Source of the DNA: Bdellovibrionales bacterium
GTDB lineage: Bacteria; Bdellovibrionota; Bdellovibrionia; Bdellovibrionales; JAGQZY01
Direction of reading: 5' to 3'
Assembly (NCBI GenBank): GCA_031426555.1
Contig: JANPLN010000038.1
Span: 1-35,562 of the forward strand
DNA length: 35,562 bases
Shown: positions 33,524 through 35,562 of the stretch, one piece after another
How positions within the stretch are numbered: the first letter of the stretch is position 1
How the letters are laid out: the number at the start of each line of letters is the position of its first letter
Notes under the pieces: generated by a model
Told to the model about the DNA's origin: nothing
The model's input: only the letters and a program-made list of their open reading frames with translations
Databases searched by the model: none
Made by a program: the position numbers and the translations under genes

Positions 33524-35562
33524 ATGTTAAAAGGTTTCGTCTTTTTTAAAATAATAACTCTAGCTTGTTTAGCACCTGGTTTGGCTTATGCACAAACCGA
33601 GCCGCCGCAGTTTATGACAGTGGACGGGCGTCTTTATGATTCCGCAACTCCCGAAGACCCGCTCTTAGATAATTCTGTGTTGATGAAAATCCAAATTCTC
33701 AATCCTGCAAAAAATTGTATCTTGTACGAGGAAGAACAAACGGTGAGCACGTTGGCTTCGAATGGTTATTTCAACGTACGAGTCGGCTCGCCAACTTCTG
33801 GCGCTGAGTCTTTGAAACGTACGACGGCCACCATCGATGTTGGAAATTCCATGATGCAGATTTTCCAAAACCAAAACGCCTCCATCGCTGGAAAAACTTC
33901 GGGCGGTGCAGGTTGCGGATACATTCCGGCGGCTGGCGACACGCGATACTTTCGTTTTATAGTTACTCCAAGCACCACAGCGGTGACGAGTACGCTCTCA
34001 CCAGATATGCAAATTGATTCGGTTCCGCAATCGTTGGTTGCTGAAACCTTGCAAGGTATGACTCCCTCTGATTTTGTACAAACCAACACCGATGTGACTC
34101 AAGCAAAAGTGAACACATTGTTCGGAGCAAGTTATACAACGTTGAGCGGTTTGCTTGCCGGCAGCAGCTCCCTGTATTTGCAAAACACCACAAACGGCAC
34201 GGTGATTCCAAACCGCGCGACGAATCCTGGCGCACCAACCGCAGGACAAATTTGGTACGATAGCGACGACTTCGTGCTGCGTTACTTTGACGGTTCAGTT
34301 GTGCAAACTTTAAGTTCCGGAAGTGCCGATCCCACCAAGCTTCCATTAGCTGGTGGAATAATGTCGGGTGCCATCGACATGGCCACCAACGATATCACCG
34401 ACATTGGCCACATGACTCAGGCTGCGCAGAGAACTTTTCGTTTTGGAGTATACACCACGATTCAGCAAGGAACTTTAATTGCAACACCACTTGTAGCAGG
34501 CCATGAAGGCACAGTGTGGTACAACACCACCACTAACAAATTGATGTTCTGGGATGGAACTGCAGAATTTGCAGTGTCGCCAGTGGACAGCGTGTTTGGT
34601 CGAACCGGTGCCGTTGTTGCAGCTGCCAGCGATTACGATGCTGTGCAAATTGATAATGTGCCTGCTGGTGCCATAGCGGCAGTGACAGTTCAGGCAGCCA
34701 TCGACGAACTGAATTCCGAAAAAGTCGCCAAAGCCGGCGACACGATGACTGGCCAACTTAACATGGGGCCCAAAGGTGTAGCTGCCGGTGATGGCGGAGC
34801 CATTGCGTTTACCGAACTTGCTGCAGGTGGAACAAACACAGCAACCGTTCGCTCCCCAGATGCGCTCGGTGCCAATTATGTCCTTACTCTTCCAGCAAAC
34901 GACGGCGACAGCGGACAATACCTACAGACTGACGGAAACGGGATTCTCGCATGGGTCACTCCAGCGGGAGTGGGCGAAACCAATACCGCAAGCAATCAGG
35001 GTGTCGGCGGCGTTGGAGTTTACGACGCCAAGTCGGGTGTGGATTTACAATTTAGAAACATCAATGCCGCCAGCAATAAGGTGAGCGTCGCGTTGGATGC
35101 GGTAAACAAAGAAGTAGACATCAATGTAAATGAAGCGAATTTGGATTCCGCAGTGATTCCAAATACTGCAGCGGGCACGATTGCAGCGACCAATGTTCAA
35201 GCAGCCATTAACGAACTCGATACCGATAAAGTAGCCATCGCACGTGCTGTAAATACGGCAGCCGGAAGTGGCTTGAGCGGCGGCGGCGATCTTTCAGTCG
35301 ATCGCAGTTTATCAGTAAATATCAACGGAACCACAGCCGAAACAGCAGTTGCCGGTACCGACGAAATCCTGATCTACGATGCAAGCGCCACAGCACTGCG
35401 TAAAATGACTCGCACAAATTTCGTGCTGAGCGAAACCGAAGTGGACGCCATGGCATCTAATAACGGTTATCTCACAGCCGAAGCAGACACACTTGCTTCT
35501 GTAACAGGTCGTGGGGCTTCAACTGCCACAAACATCACGTTAAATACCCAAGCTCAAGCGCG
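33524..35562 (+). CDS. Large secreted tail-fibre-like adhesin (Bdellovibrio mosaic adhesive trimer-like); runs off the right edge of the window
   Basis: Not in the ORF track because there is no stop in the window. Manual translation is open to the end: signal peptide MLKGFVFFKIITLACLAPGLAYA, N-domain FMTVDGRLYD...NCILYEEEQ...NGYFNVRVG...SVPQSLVAETLQG, then fibre motifs AGQIWYD, KLPLAGGIMSG, VDSVFGRTGAV, KAGDTMTG, LTLPANDGDSGQYLQTDGNGILAW, GLSGGGDLS and DTLASVTGRG. Confidence 0.9.
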   Translation, partial: MLKGFVFFKIITLACLAPGLAYAQTEPPQFMTVDGRLYDSATPEDPLLDNSVLMKIQILNPAKNCILYEEEQTVSTLASNGYFNVRVGSPTSGAESLKRTTATIDVGNSMMQIFQNQNASIAGKTSGGAGCGYIPAAGDTRYFRFIVTPSTTAVTSTLSPDMQIDSVPQSLVAETLQGMTPSDFVQTNTDVTQAKVNTLFGASYTTLSGLLAGSSSLYLQNTTNGTVIPNRATNPGAPTAGQIWYDSDDFVLRYFDGSVVQTLSSGSADPTKLPLAGGIMSGAIDMATNDITDIGHMTQAAQRTFRFGVYTTIQQGTLIATPLVAGHEGTVWYNTTTNKLMFWDGTAEFAVSPVDSVFGRTGAVVAAASDYDAVQIDNVPAGAIAAVTVQAAIDELNSEKVAKAGDTMTGQLNMGPKGVAAGDGGAIAFTELAAGGTNTATVRSPDALGANYVLTLPANDGDSGQYLQTDGNGILAWVTPAGVGETNTASNQGVGGVGVYDAKSGVDLQFRNINAASNKVSVALDAVNKEVDINVNEANLDSAVIPNTAAGTIAATNVQAAINELDTDKVAIARAVNTAAGSGLSGGGDLSVDRSLSVNINGTTAETAVAGTDEILIYDASATALRKMTRTNFVLSETEVDAMASNNGYLTAEADTLASVTGRGASTATNITLNTQAQA

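Noticed and set aside
33665..35084. Short ORF-track ORFs in the last 2 kb
   Set aside because: Shadow frames of the long plus-strand fibre ORF.
1..35562. CRISPR array, prophage, IS element, integron, DGR or anti-phage defence system
   Set aside because: No regularly spaced direct repeats, and no cas, transposase, integrase, reverse transcriptase or phage structural cluster. The fibre gene has a Sec signal and a host-type promoter, so it is not treated as a prophage gene.

Overview
Chromosomal window from a Bdellovibrionota (Bdellovibrio-like, probably predatory) bacterium. This is inferred from a mosaic-adhesive-trimer-like fibre gene, a TIGR02147-like HTH protein, a spirochaete/planctomycete/delta-type EF-G and many small secreted proteins. 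Housekeeping genes (pgsA, glpX, tilS, ftsH, glmM, tsaE, pyrE, fusA, recQ, aat, slyD, thiL, pdxH) are interleaved with accessory genes. These include a phospholipase A2-like lipoprotein, a 600-aa secreted GNAT-like protein, a TetR/HTH pair with operators, a duplicated-domain lipoprotein and a six-gene stress operon. Three coding regions are missing from the ORF track: an RRM RNA-binding gene cut by the left edge, a >679-codon tail-fibre-like adhesin cut by the right edge, and a 35-codon small ORF. The non-coding DNA shows several sigma28-like promoters sitting 5-8 nt before start codons (probably leaderless mRNAs), four sigma54 GG-N10-GC promoters (two of them divergent), a recurrent TGTCTCAAAAT-like motif, REP-like palindromes and a possible pyrE attenuator. 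No rRNA, tRNA, CRISPR array, transposase or integrase was found. All calls come from reading the sequence by eye; no database searches were run.
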